In this document: piece after piece, positions 1 to 8,701 of the stretch
Layout of the letters: every line of letters starts with the position of its first letter
How positions within the stretch are numbered: position 1 is the stretch's first letter
Assembly: GCA_039796155.1 (NCBI GenBank)
Contig: JBDKKJ010000002.1
Coordinates: 97,161 to 161,160 of the forward strand
Direction: 5' to 3'
DNA length: 64,000 nt
DNA from: Candidatus Parcubacteria bacterium
Lineage (GTDB): Bacteria > Patescibacteriota > Minisyncoccia > Phycocordibacterales > UBA6065
The notes under the pieces: model-generated
Databases searched by the model: none
Told to the model about the DNA's origin: nothing
What the model saw: the letters and a program-made list of their open reading frames with translations, nothing else
Made by a program: the position numbers and the translations under genes

Positions 1-217
1 TTGCTTCTCGAGTATTAATTTCAGCTTCTTCTACTTTGTCGGCTGCGTGGAAAGTAACATCAGAAATTCGTCCTGTGAGGAGGTTTTTGATTTTGGTCTT
101 GTTCTGAGGCTTTCGCTGCTGCATACGAAAGATGTGGTTTTCAAGCACCTCGTACGGTTCACTTTCGTAAACAATGTATTTTCGAACTGTTATTTCACTG
201 TAATCGAGCATCGACAT
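1..217 (-). CDS. efp: Elongation factor P, N-terminal portion (gene continues past left edge)
   Basis: Own minus-strand translation from ATG at 217: MSMLDYSEITVRKYIVYESEPYEVLENHIFRMQQRKPQNKTKIKNLLTGRISDVTFHAADKVEEAEINTRE.. This fits the EF-P domain I pattern (..PY.V.E......KP.....TK.KNLLTG.....F.A..KVE.A.I..RE). It is absent from the ORF track because there is no stop in the window. Confidence 0.85.
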   Translation of the reverse strand, partial: MSMLDYSEITVRKYIVYESEPYEVLENHIFRMQQRKPQNKTKIKNLLTGRISDVTFHAADKVEEAEINTREA

Positions 218-361
218 AGGTTTTTATAATATGGCTTAATAGGGCTTTATCCTAGCCTAAGAGAGGGAACTTGTCTACCAGCGCATCTTTATCTTATTTT
301 TATCCCTTATTTCGTATGCTGATTCGCGGAATCGTTCTTTGTAACATATAAACCAAGCACT

Positions 362-388
362 AAAAATCCCGACCATGTCGGGATTTTT
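362..388. terminator. Symmetric A5-stem-T5 hairpin (bidirectional terminator-like) between divergent efp and GT2 genes
   Basis: aaaaatcccgac-cat-gtcgggattttt forms a perfect 12-bp stem with a 3-nt loop. No annotated gene ends here. Confidence 0.35.
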
Positions 389-400
389 AGGTAGTCTTTT

Positions 401-409
401 TGTTATACT
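401..409 (+). promoter_or_regulatory. Extended -10 promoter element TGtTATACT for the GT2-GtrA gene
   Basis: tgttatact lies 18 nt upstream of ATG 427. The identical TGTTATACT motif recurs at 20658-20666 upstream of the gene starting at 20700. Confidence 0.45.
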
Positions 410-426
410 TTAGGTATCCTCTATCT

Positions 427-1536
427 ATGAAAATAATTGCGGTCATACCCACTTACAACGAGTCTGGCACGATTGCTGACATTATAAAGGCTGTGTTTTC
501 TGTTGACGTGAGTAAGGAAAACTCTCTTGGCATACTTGTTGTAGACGACTCATCTCCTGATGGAACCGCTGACATTGTTCATGCTTTACAGAAAACATAT
601 TCAAGCCTATCCATAGTTTCTGGAAAGAAAGTTGGTCTCGGCGCTGCCTATATTCGGGGGATAAGTTATGCTCTTGCTACACTTAAAGCCGACTGTGTTA
701 TTCAGATGGATGCAGATTTTTCACATGATCCAAATGACATTCCACGTCTCATTGAAGGATTAGGCCACGCTGACATGGTAATAGGTAGCAGGTATGTTTC
801 CGGAGGGACCATCCCCAGAGAATGGGGTATTGTTAGAAAACTTAATTCAAGAGTGGGGAACATGGTTGCTCGGTACGTTGCTGGTCTTTATCCAATTAGA
901 GATTGCACGGCGGGATTTAGAGCCATTCACGCACGAATTCTTAAAAGTGTTGATTTTTCTGCAGTGAAAGTTCAAGGTTATGTTTTTCAGGTGGCACTTT
1001 TACATGCCATTCGGGTTCAAGGCGCCATAATTAAAGAAATTCCAGTAGATTTCAGAGAGCGAACTATAGGTGTTTCTAAACTCGGTCTTAAGGATGTTAT
1101 TGAGTTTATTCTTAATTGTTGGTGGATACGCCTTCAGAGATTTGAAACCTTTTTACGTTTTTCTGTTGTTGGTTTGTCGGGGGTGGTAGTTAATCTTTCC
1201 ACGTTCTCACTTTGTATATTTTTCGGGATTCATCCGTTTGTCGCTTCGCCGATTGCAATTGAGTTATCAATTATTTCTAATTTCGCTTTTAACAACTTTT
1301 GGACATTCAAGAAGCGTGATACTGGACAGGGTATATACATGAAAGGGCTTAAGTTTAATATCGTGTCTTTAGGCTCGCTCGTCATCAGTTATGGTACTTT
1401 TTTAGCACTTTCGTCTGTGTTTCCTCATATTTCACCACTCTTTAATCAGGCTGCAGGAATAGTGCCTGCAATGATTGTTAACTATCTTTTCAATTCTTAC
1501 TGGACCTTTAAAAGCCGTTCAGAGGGAACTCTGTAA
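427..1536 (+). CDS. GT2 polyprenol-phosphate sugar synthase (Dpm1/Ppm1-like) fused to C-terminal GtrA-like membrane domain
   Basis: MKIIAVIPTYNESGTI..VVDDSSPDGT..QMDADFSHDP is a GT2 signature. The C-terminal about 130 aa have 4 TM helices with ..FNNFWTFK.. and ..NYLFNSYWTFK.. (GtrA-like). Start re-called at ATG 427 (track start 400 is TTG). Confidence 0.8.
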   Translation: MKIIAVIPTYNESGTIADIIKAVFSVDVSKENSLGILVVDDSSPDGTADIVHALQKTYSSLSIVSGKKVGLGAAYIRGISYALATLKADCVIQMDADFSHDPNDIPRLIEGLGHADMVIGSRYVSGGTIPREWGIVRKLNSRVGNMVARYVAGLYPIRDCTAGFRAIHARILKSVDFSAVKVQGYVFQVALLHAIRVQGAIIKEIPVDFRERTIGVSKLGLKDVIEFILNCWWIRLQRFETFLRFSVVGLSGVVVNLSTFSLCIFFGIHPFVASPIAIELSIISNFAFNNFWTFKKRDTGQGIYMKGLKFNIVSLGSLVISYGTFLALSSVFPHISPLFNQAAGIVPAMIVNYLFNSYWTFKSRSEGTL

Positions 1537-3209
1537 ACCTTAAACATCTCTTTACCTGCAAGGTTTTTTATAATATCACCCTGTATCTTTTCCTCTTCGA
1601 GCGCTTCCACAAATTTATCTACGAGGTCGATTTGTCCGGCTGGAATTATACGTTTTGTATCTAGCACCTCTTTTGAAATAGGAGATATAACATAAAGGTC
1701 TTTACGGCTGATTGCTACCAAGTCTATGAGATTAACTCCGCCCTGTGTTGGATCGAAATAAACATCTGATAGGATAGGGACTGCGTGGTAGTTGATGTAC
1801 CTAAGGAAGTACCAATTCTGTGCAAACCAATTAATTCTGTCGTCGTATATAACAACACTTCTACCTGCAACGTCTTTATTTGTGAAGTTCAAATCTTTTG
1901 GCGACCGAATAGATTTTTTTAAAGGAAGCCGGGTTATTACATTTTTACGTAAGTATGAATCAAGCTCGTTAAAGCCATAATCTGAGAGTTTTGATTTTGA
2001 GTAGAAAACACCGTGTACTCCAATTGGTTTAACCAAGATGTTTGTGTTTATTGCATAGAATGCTTCAAATACGCAGATGAGCACTATTGTACCTACAAGG
2101 ATATATCTCTTACTCTCCCTTGTGCGGTTTTTCCAATCACAAACAGCCAGGGCGGTAAGGATAGCGATGATCGGTGTTAGAACTGAATCGAAACGTGTTC
2201 CTCCAGAAAAAAATGCAGACATCAACAAGAATGATAAAAAAAACGAGAGGGTGTGTTCTTCGAATCGATCCGAAGTTCTTCTGATACATTTATAAATAAT
2301 CCAAAGCACTGATAATGCTGAGAGAAGCGAGAAGCCGAATGAGTTGTTTTCAGCAAAAGATGAGAATGTTGAAGAGATATTTTTAAGCGGATTAAAATCA
2401 ATACCGCGACTTGATATTGCTGAAAAATCCGCCGGATGCATACCGACGATCGAGGAAAGAGCTGCGTCAAAATGTCCGCGCTCTTGGTACATTGCGATGT
2501 TATATATAACAACAGGCAGGATTATTACAATAAATATACTTAAGGCTATAGACCACTCTTTTGTTCTAAAACTGCCAAGTACATTCTTTCGGTATCTAAT
2601 GAGTGCAAAGAGAGCTGGAAGAAATATAAATATTGCGGTGTACTTTGTCATACACGCCAACGCAGAACTTGCTGCACCTATATAGAGCCAGTGCGGTTTT
2701 GCATCTTCATTCGTGGTCAGGAAATATAACGCGAAGAGGGATGTGATTATAAAAAGTTGTTCAATTCCTTCAAGATAACCTGCGAGACCCGCCCATACTG
2801 CATACGAGTTGATTGCTAACAGACAGGCTGCCCAGATGGCCTTTTCTGTTCCAACGATTCTTTTGACTGCAATACAGAGTGCCAATACAGAAATTAATCC
2901 AGCAAACACAAAAGGTGCACGGGCGCCAAAAGGCGATCCTCCGAAAAAAGTAAAAGAAATATTCTGGAGCATGAAGGCTACTGGAGGTGCATCATGGAAT
3001 GAAAGTAGCGCCCAAGAGGGGATATGGCCAAGCCAGTCAATAGGAGCTTGTTGCCCGCCCAGAAGTCGATCAAACCATCCATAGGCTCTAAATGAATTGA
3101 GTGCGTTGTCTGAATAAAGGTCGCTTTTGTTAATACCGCCAAACCATAAGAAAAGGATGAATATGACGGCTATAAACGCGATTATCTTCTTGTGCTGTGT
3201 CTTTAACAT
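1497..3209 (-). CDS. GT-C fold, family 39-like (ArnT/PMT-like) polytopic membrane glycosyltransferase
   Basis: 570 aa with more than 10 hydrophobic helices followed by a large soluble C-terminal domain. The architecture is typical of polyprenyl-phosphate-sugar dependent GT39 enzymes. It is convergent with the GT2-GtrA gene and overlaps it by 40 nt. Confidence 0.6.
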   Translation of the reverse strand: MLKTQHKKIIAFIAVIFILFLWFGGINKSDLYSDNALNSFRAYGWFDRLLGGQQAPIDWLGHIPSWALLSFHDAPPVAFMLQNISFTFFGGSPFGARAPFVFAGLISVLALCIAVKRIVGTEKAIWAACLLAINSYAVWAGLAGYLEGIEQLFIITSLFALYFLTTNEDAKPHWLYIGAASSALACMTKYTAIFIFLPALFALIRYRKNVLGSFRTKEWSIALSIFIVIILPVVIYNIAMYQERGHFDAALSSIVGMHPADFSAISSRGIDFNPLKNISSTFSSFAENNSFGFSLLSALSVLWIIYKCIRRTSDRFEEHTLSFFLSFLLMSAFFSGGTRFDSVLTPIIAILTALAVCDWKNRTRESKRYILVGTIVLICVFEAFYAINTNILVKPIGVHGVFYSKSKLSDYGFNELDSYLRKNVITRLPLKKSIRSPKDLNFTNKDVAGRSVVIYDDRINWFAQNWYFLRYINYHAVPILSDVYFDPTQGGVNLIDLVAISRKDLYVISPISKEVLDTKRIIPAGQIDLVDKFVEALEEEKIQGDIIKNLAGKEMFKVYRVPSERLLKVQ

Positions 3210-3235
3210 TTGTTTATGGTAGCAAATAATTAAAG

Positions 3236-3261
3236 AAAAAACTGCTCAATGGCAGTTTTTT
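3236..3261 (-). terminator. Intrinsic terminator after recA
   Basis: aaaaaactgc-tcaatg-gcagtttttt lies immediately downstream of the recA stop (3279). Confidence 0.6.
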
Positions 3262-3278
3262 CTAAGATCTATCTTTGT

Positions 3279-4361
3279 TTAAATTTCCTTCAGTTTTTCT
3301 CGGATCTTCTTCAAGATTTCACTCGTGATTTTTGTGTTTTCTTTGAGGAACTGTCGAGTAGCGTCGTATCCACGACCGAGAGGAAGCTTTTCACCACCTT
3401 CAGGCTGGTATGAGTATGAAGCACCGGATTTTGCAATGATTCCGTGGCTTTCACCGAGGGCAATGATTTCACCTTCACGAGAAATTCCTTCGTTGTACAT
3501 AAGATCAAATTCAGTCTGCTTGAATGGGGCAGCGACCTTGTTCTTTACTACCTTTACACGTACGCGGCCTCCGACGATCTCTTCACCCTTCTTTATCTGA
3601 GCGATGCGTCGGATATCGAGGCGGACAGATGTGTAGAACTTCAAAGCCTTTCCACCTGGAGTGGTTTCAGGATTTCCGAACATCACACCAATCTGCATAC
3701 GAATCTGGTTGATGAAGATAACTACGGTCTTAGACTTTGCGGTAATTGCAGTGAGCTTTCGAAGAGCCTGTGACATAAGGCGAGCCTGCTTGCCCATATG
3801 TGAAGCACCCATGTCACCCTCAATCTCATCCTTTGGGGTGAGGGCAGCGACAGAGTCAATAACAATAACGTCGAGTTTCCCTGAACGTACAAGTGACTCT
3901 ACGATCTCGAGAGCTTGTTCACCTGTGTCAGGCTGAGAAATCAAAAGCTCATCAATCTTTACACCAATCTTTTTAGAGTAGTCAGGATCCATTGCGTGTT
4001 CAGCGTCGATGAAGGCGCAGATACCACCTGTCTTTTGTGCCTCAGCGATGATGTGAAGGGAGAGGGTAGTCTTTCCAGATGATTCAGGTCCATAGATTTC
4101 AATGATACGTCCACGGGGAACACCTCCAATACCGAGGGCGGCATCGAGTCCAATAGAGCCTGTAGGAATAGCATTAATATTTACCTTCGGCTTTTCACCG
4201 AGTTTCATAATTGACTCGTCACCGAACTTTGTTCGGATAGCTGCAAGGGTGTCGTCCATGTTAGGCGCCGCCTTCTTTGCAACAATTTCTTCACCATCTG
4301 TTCCGATTATCTTCTCCGCAACTTCTTTTACTTCTGAACCTTTCTTTTCTTTTTTTGCCAT
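3279..4361 (-). CDS. recA: Recombinase RecA
   Basis: ..[54 protein letters not shown].. is colinear with RecA over 360 aa. Confidence 0.97.
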   Translation of the reverse strand: MAKKEKKGSEVKEVAEKIIGTDGEEIVAKKAAPNMDDTLAAIRTKFGDESIMKLGEKPKVNINAIPTGSIGLDAALGIGGVPRGRIIEIYGPESSGKTTLSLHIIAEAQKTGGICAFIDAEHAMDPDYSKKIGVKIDELLISQPDTGEQALEIVESLVRSGKLDVIVIDSVAALTPKDEIEGDMGASHMGKQARLMSQALRKLTAITAKSKTVVIFINQIRMQIGVMFGNPETTPGGKALKFYTSVRLDIRRIAQIKKGEEIVGGRVRVKVVKNKVAAPFKQTEFDLMYNEGISREGEIIALGESHGIIAKSGASYSYQPEGGEKLPLGRGYDATRQFLKENTKITSEILKKIREKLKEI

Positions 4362-4362
4362 A

Positions 4363-4716
4363 TTATTTATAGATTAGCTGTAACGTCTTTTGTGCCGTCC
4401 TGCCGAACCGATCTTTTGCCTCGAGCGTCATTATATTATATCCGTAGGAAAGAAGTATCTTTTCTGTAAACACCCCCGACTCATCGGTAAATATTTTATT
4501 CCCGTTGAGTGTCAGGAACGAAATATTTTTTGCAGAACCTCTTACGGTAATAAGTGATTCTGTCGACGTGGCCCCATTAAGAGGGGAGGTGATGTCTATG
4601 TAAGGACCTTCTACAAGACTCTTGGCTCTAAAAGCACCATAACCAACAATAAGAGAGATGGCTCCGATAGCTATCCATATTCTTACCCATAATTTTACTT
4701 TTCGGCGGTCGGTCAT
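4363..4716 (-). CDS. Membrane-anchored small protein with beta-rich (Ig-like) ectodomain, unknown function
   Basis: 117 aa. N-terminal TM helix [17 protein letters not shown], then a beta-strand-rich domain of about 85 aa. Its stop is 1 nt from the recA start, so it sits in the ftsK-orf-recA operon. Confidence 0.5.
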   Translation of the reverse strand: MTDRRKVKLWVRIWIAIGAISLIVGYGAFRAKSLVEGPYIDITSPLNGATSTESLITVRGSAKNISFLTLNGNKIFTDESGVFTEKILLSYGYNIMTLEAKDRFGRTAQKTLQLIYK

Positions 4717-4756
4717 GTGCTTCTCGGATTATTCTGTCAGATGGCTGTTAAAGGAA

Positions 4757-7051
4757 TTATAAATTCTCCTCGTCGCTCTGTGGATTAATTGGGGCTTGTG
4801 TAGGTGTAGGGGTTGCGGCACCAGTAAGGATCACTGGTCGAGGTTTTGAGCCGTCAGCTTCACCGATAACACCTCGTTCCTGAAGAAGATCCATGAGTCG
4901 TGCTGCACGTGAATATCCAACACGAAGTTTTCTTTGAATGTATGACGTAGATGCTTTACCTGCTTCGATAACGACACGTTTTGCTTCATCGTACATGTCG
5001 TCATCTTCACCTGGTTCATCTGTTCCCATGTCATCGAGTGTTGCAGAGAATATTGCTCCATCACTCTTTACAGCAGAATCCGTAAGGTTGATTTCATCAT
5101 TGAGTTCGTCTATATGACTGTCGATAAGGAACTTCACAACCTTCTTTACCTCGCTTTCAGAGATGTATGCACACTGTATACGTGTGGGCTTAGACATTTC
5201 GCCACCTAAATAGAGCATGTCTCCTTGTCCGAGAAGTTTTTCCGCACCTGGCTGATCGAGAATGGTGCGTGAATCGATCTGAGACGCCACCTGAAGAGCG
5301 AGGCGAGCAGGGATGTTGGCTTTAATAAGACCGGTAATAACGTTTACAGACGGTCGTTGTGTTGAAAGCATGAGATGGATACCGACGGCTCGTGACATCT
5401 GAGCGAGACGAACGATACCTGCTTCGAGTTCTCGAGGGTAGGTCTGCATGATATCTGCCAATTCGTCGATGATAACAACAATATAAGGCATTGGATCGAG
5501 ACCTTTTGCTTCTTCAGCTGTATCACCATCCTTCTTTACCTTTACTTTCTTCAATGATGGCTCATATATAGTCTTGTGATATGAATCGATGTCGCGCACA
5601 GAAGATTCTTGGAGAACGTTATAGCGTCTATCCATTTCTTTTGCAGCCCATTTCAATGAGAGGATAGCTTTCTTTGCATCAGTAATAACAGGGGTGAGGA
5701 GGTGAGGAATCTTATTATAAAGAGTAAGTTCCACTCGCTTAGGGTCGATCATGATGAACTTGAGCTTCTCAGGTCCGAGACGATAGAGGAGAGAGACAAT
5801 AAGTGCGTGAATGGTCACTGATTTACCTGAACCTGTAGCACCTGCAATGAGGAGGTGGGGCATCTTTGCCACGTTCTGGAAGTGAGACTTACCAGAGATA
5901 CCTTTTCCAAGACCTACAAGGAGTGGTTTCTCAGACGTCTGGAATTCTTCAGCACTAAAGAGCGTACCAAGACCGACGGTGGTTTTAATAGTGTTAGGAA
6001 TTTCAACACCCACGAGTGACTTGCCAGGGATTGGAGCTTCGATACGGATTGAAGGAGCTGCGAGGGCGTAGGCGAGGTTGTCCTGGAGTGCTGCGATGCG
6101 TGAGAGCTTCACACCTTCGGCTGGCTTGAGTGCATAGCGGGTGACTGACGGTCCGATTGAAACCTCATCCATTTCTACATCGATACCGAAATTCGCGAGA
6201 GTTCTCTTTATAATGTTTGCGTTTGCTTTTACATCTCCTACAACAGGTTTACCCTTATCCTTTTCGAGAAGAGAAAGTGGGGGAGGAGTATATTCTTTCT
6301 CAGCATCATGCTTTGAAGGTTTGATAAAGTCCTTGCCGTCTTCTTCGGTCGCAGTGAATTTAAGGTCCTTTGGCTTCTTCTCTTCTTTAACCTTTTCTTC
6401 TTTTTTCTCTTTTTTAGGCGCCTCTTCTTCAGATGGAAGAGAGAGTTTGAGGTTTACATCGTCATCAACGCTTACTTCCTCTTCTTCGTCCTTGTTTTTC
6501 TCTCTATTAAAGCTAAAGAGTGACTTGAGGTCGAGTTCTTCATTAAAGGCTATGAGGATAGATACAACGACGAGTGCGGAGAGGAATACGAGTGAAGCTG
6601 AAACATCAAACATAAGGACAAAAGGTTTTGCCACCCATGTACCAATAAATCCACCTTGAGTCTTTGAGACGATATCTATAATACCGAGCGTTGCGATAAG
6701 AAAGAGGAGTGATCCGTAAAGTTTTGCTATATCAAAATGGCGGTGAAGGTTTCGAAGGAATGTAAGTCCAAGGACAACGGCGATAAGAGGGAGGAGGTAG
6801 TATCCAACACCCAAAAGATATGAGAGACCAACGAACGTATAGTGACCAACAATACCTGCTTTGTGCCACGGTTCAATTGCGAGGGATGTAAATATCGCAA
6901 GAACAAAAAACGCCACTGCAAATATACCTTGAACTGTTTCGTCAGGAAGGTTTCTAATAAAGCCCTTTTTCGACTCCTTTTTCTCCTTTTTTGAAGTCGG
7001 TTTTGTAATCTCTTCTTCTACCTCAATATCAATCTTTTTCTTTTTCGCCAT
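4757..7051 (-). CDS. ftsK: DNA translocase FtsK/SpoIIIE
   Basis: N-terminal TM helices, an acidic/Lys-rich linker, Walker A LLIAGATGSGKS, ..VVIIDELADIM.., and the C-terminal gamma wHTH STSYIQRKLRVGYSRAARLMDLLQERGVIG. Confidence 0.95.
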   Translation of the reverse strand: MAKKKKIDIEVEEEITKPTSKKEKKESKKGFIRNLPDETVQGIFAVAFFVLAIFTSLAIEPWHKAGIVGHYTFVGLSYLLGVGYYLLPLIAVVLGLTFLRNLHRHFDIAKLYGSLLFLIATLGIIDIVSKTQGGFIGTWVAKPFVLMFDVSASLVFLSALVVVSILIAFNEELDLKSLFSFNREKNKDEEEEVSVDDDVNLKLSLPSEEEAPKKEKKEEKVKEEKKPKDLKFTATEEDGKDFIKPSKHDAEKEYTPPPLSLLEKDKGKPVVGDVKANANIIKRTLANFGIDVEMDEVSIGPSVTRYALKPAEGVKLSRIAALQDNLAYALAAPSIRIEAPIPGKSLVGVEIPNTIKTTVGLGTLFSAEEFQTSEKPLLVGLGKGISGKSHFQNVAKMPHLLIAGATGSGKSVTIHALIVSLLYRLGPEKLKFIMIDPKRVELTLYNKIPHLLTPVITDAKKAILSLKWAAKEMDRRYNVLQESSVRDIDSYHKTIYEPSLKKVKVKKDGDTAEEAKGLDPMPYIVVIIDELADIMQTYPRELEAGIVRLAQMSRAVGIHLMLSTQRPSVNVITGLIKANIPARLALQVASQIDSRTILDQPGAEKLLGQGDMLYLGGEMSKPTRIQCAYISESEVKKVVKFLIDSHIDELNDEINLTDSAVKSDGAIFSATLDDMGTDEPGEDDDMYDEAKRVVIEAGKASTSYIQRKLRVGYSRAARLMDLLQERGVIGEADGSKPRPVILTGAATPTPTQAPINPQSDEENL

Positions 7052-7168
7052 AGTGTTGAAATTATATCACGTTTAAATGGTGTCCTATTGCACGTCTCTT
7101 TCTTTTGTGTCGGAGAGTCTGTTAGACCTTTACGTCCTAGATACGAAAATCTATAATGGACACATCTC

Positions 7169-7197
7169 TTGACATTTTTCAATAAAGGACATATTAT
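7169..7197 (+). promoter_or_regulatory. Sigma70-type promoter TTGACA-17-TATTAT for gene 7287
   Basis: ttgaca tttttcaataaaggaca tattat. It is embedded in three copies of the word A(A/T)(A/T)GGAC. Confidence 0.55.
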
Positions 7198-7286
7198 ATA
7201 AAAGACAAATTATGTCCGATTGTAGGCAGATATAAAGGACTTCTCTTAAAGACAAAGTTTAATTAACCTTAATTTATAACGATTTT

Positions 7287-8156
7287 ATGGAAGGGACACA
7301 CCAGAATCAAAATAAACCACTCGAGAGCCGATCAGAAATCGGTCTTTCTCCAGTCTTGTCTTTCGGTTCGAACGCTCACTTCTCATACCTCTACAAGAAG
7401 ACTGAAAAACTCGTGACAGCGATTTACATGATCACTAATTTCATTAAAGACAATGAGCCTCTTAAGTGGAAGTTCCGTGACAATGCACTGAAGCTTCTTT
7501 CTCATAATCGTGCATTCACAAACGTATCGCTTTCTGAACGAAAAGATCTCATCAAGGAATACCAGGGAATAGCACTTGAAATTGTTTCTCTTTCAAGTAT
7601 TGCTTCACACGGAGGTCTCATTTCCGAGATGAATGCTGACATTCTTTCTCGTGAGTTTACAAACCTCATTTCACTCATAGAAAAAGAAGAGAACAAGAAG
7701 GCAAATGACGAGACTGTTTCTCTTTCATCTAACTTCTTCCAGGTGGCACAACCGGCAGATCGACCGCTTCGTTCTGAAACACTAGCAACACCGGTTGTAG
7801 CACCAACTTCAACACCACGAGAGAACGTCCTTTATGCTCCTGAAATTACAGAATCTGTCCTTGATAAAGGACACACCCCCGAGAGGATTGAAAAGAAGCC
7901 TGAGTATTTGTCATATAATAAGGAGGTAAGGGATAAACCAGCCGTGTCAAAGTCTGCAGACTCAAAGGATGGGCGACAGGCGGTGATCCTCAAACTTCTC
8001 TCAAAAAAGAGTGGTCTCAATATAAAAGATTTCGGTGAGTCAATTAAAGGTGTCAGTGCAAAGACGATCCAGCGTGAACTTCTCTCTATGGTAGCTTCTG
8101 GTGTCCTTAAGAAAGAAGGGGAACGACGGTGGAGTACATATTCTCTCGCTTCATAA
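7287..8156 (+). CDS. Hypothetical protein with C-terminal winged-helix (DeoR-like) DNA-binding domain
   Basis: 289 aa. The C-terminus ..RQAVILKLLSKKSGLNIKDFGESIKGVSAKTIQRELLSMVASGVLKKEGERRWSTYSL is wHTH-like. The N-terminal two thirds are unrecognised. Confidence 0.5.
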   Translation: MEGTHQNQNKPLESRSEIGLSPVLSFGSNAHFSYLYKKTEKLVTAIYMITNFIKDNEPLKWKFRDNALKLLSHNRAFTNVSLSERKDLIKEYQGIALEIVSLSSIASHGGLISEMNADILSREFTNLISLIEKEENKKANDETVSLSSNFFQVAQPADRPLRSETLATPVVAPTSTPRENVLYAPEITESVLDKGHTPERIEKKPEYLSYNKEVRDKPAVSKSADSKDGRQAVILKLLSKKSGLNIKDFGESIKGVSAKTIQRELLSMVASGVLKKEGERRWSTYSLAS

Positions 8157-8161
8157 ACCCA

Positions 8162-8193
8162 AGCAGGCCCTGCACGAGCAGGGCTTGCTTTTT
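8162..8193 (+). terminator. Intrinsic terminator after gene 7287
   Basis: agcaggccctg-cacgag-cagggcttgct followed by tttt. Confidence 0.6.
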
Positions 8194-8701
8194 GTCCATT
8201 TTTGGCATATTATAGAGGGGTGGCTAATACCCCATGGAATAAGGCTTTTAAAGGTCTTTTCCTCGCTTATCCACATGTATGTTGCGCCTCATAGGCTAGA
8301 CATATATACTTATTGGGTTACGGCATTCCAGACCAGTCTGTATTCTTGACCATTGAAAACAGCATAGCGATTATAAAAGTTACAGACGATCAGTTTGTTT
8401 CCGACGGTGTTCTGCATATCAGACAATCCCTTACATCCCTTGCCGCTATCTCCAAGCTTTGTGTCGACCTACTTGTTGAAGGTTAAAAACTTCAGCAAAG
8501 GAAAAATAAAGTTTGGTGAATAGTCGAGGAGCAGGCGAATAGGCGAAAGCTTAGTCGTTGCGCTCTACACTCCCTCTGTTGCTGTCGAAGCGCAGGGAAG
8601 AGTGAAGATTATTTAGTTAGTTTATCCACGGACCGGAAAGAGCATTCATTATTAGTTCAAGTCTCTTTCCGAATCCATCATTACAAGAAGTACACACAAT
8701 T

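Noticed and set aside
3311-6659. Many 60-170 aa ORFs overlapping recA and ftsK on either strand (for example 6141-6659, plus).
   Set aside because: They are shadow ORFs of long, well-supported genes. The 6141-6659 translation is S/F/L-rich low complexity, antisense to the acidic/Lys-rich linker of FtsK.
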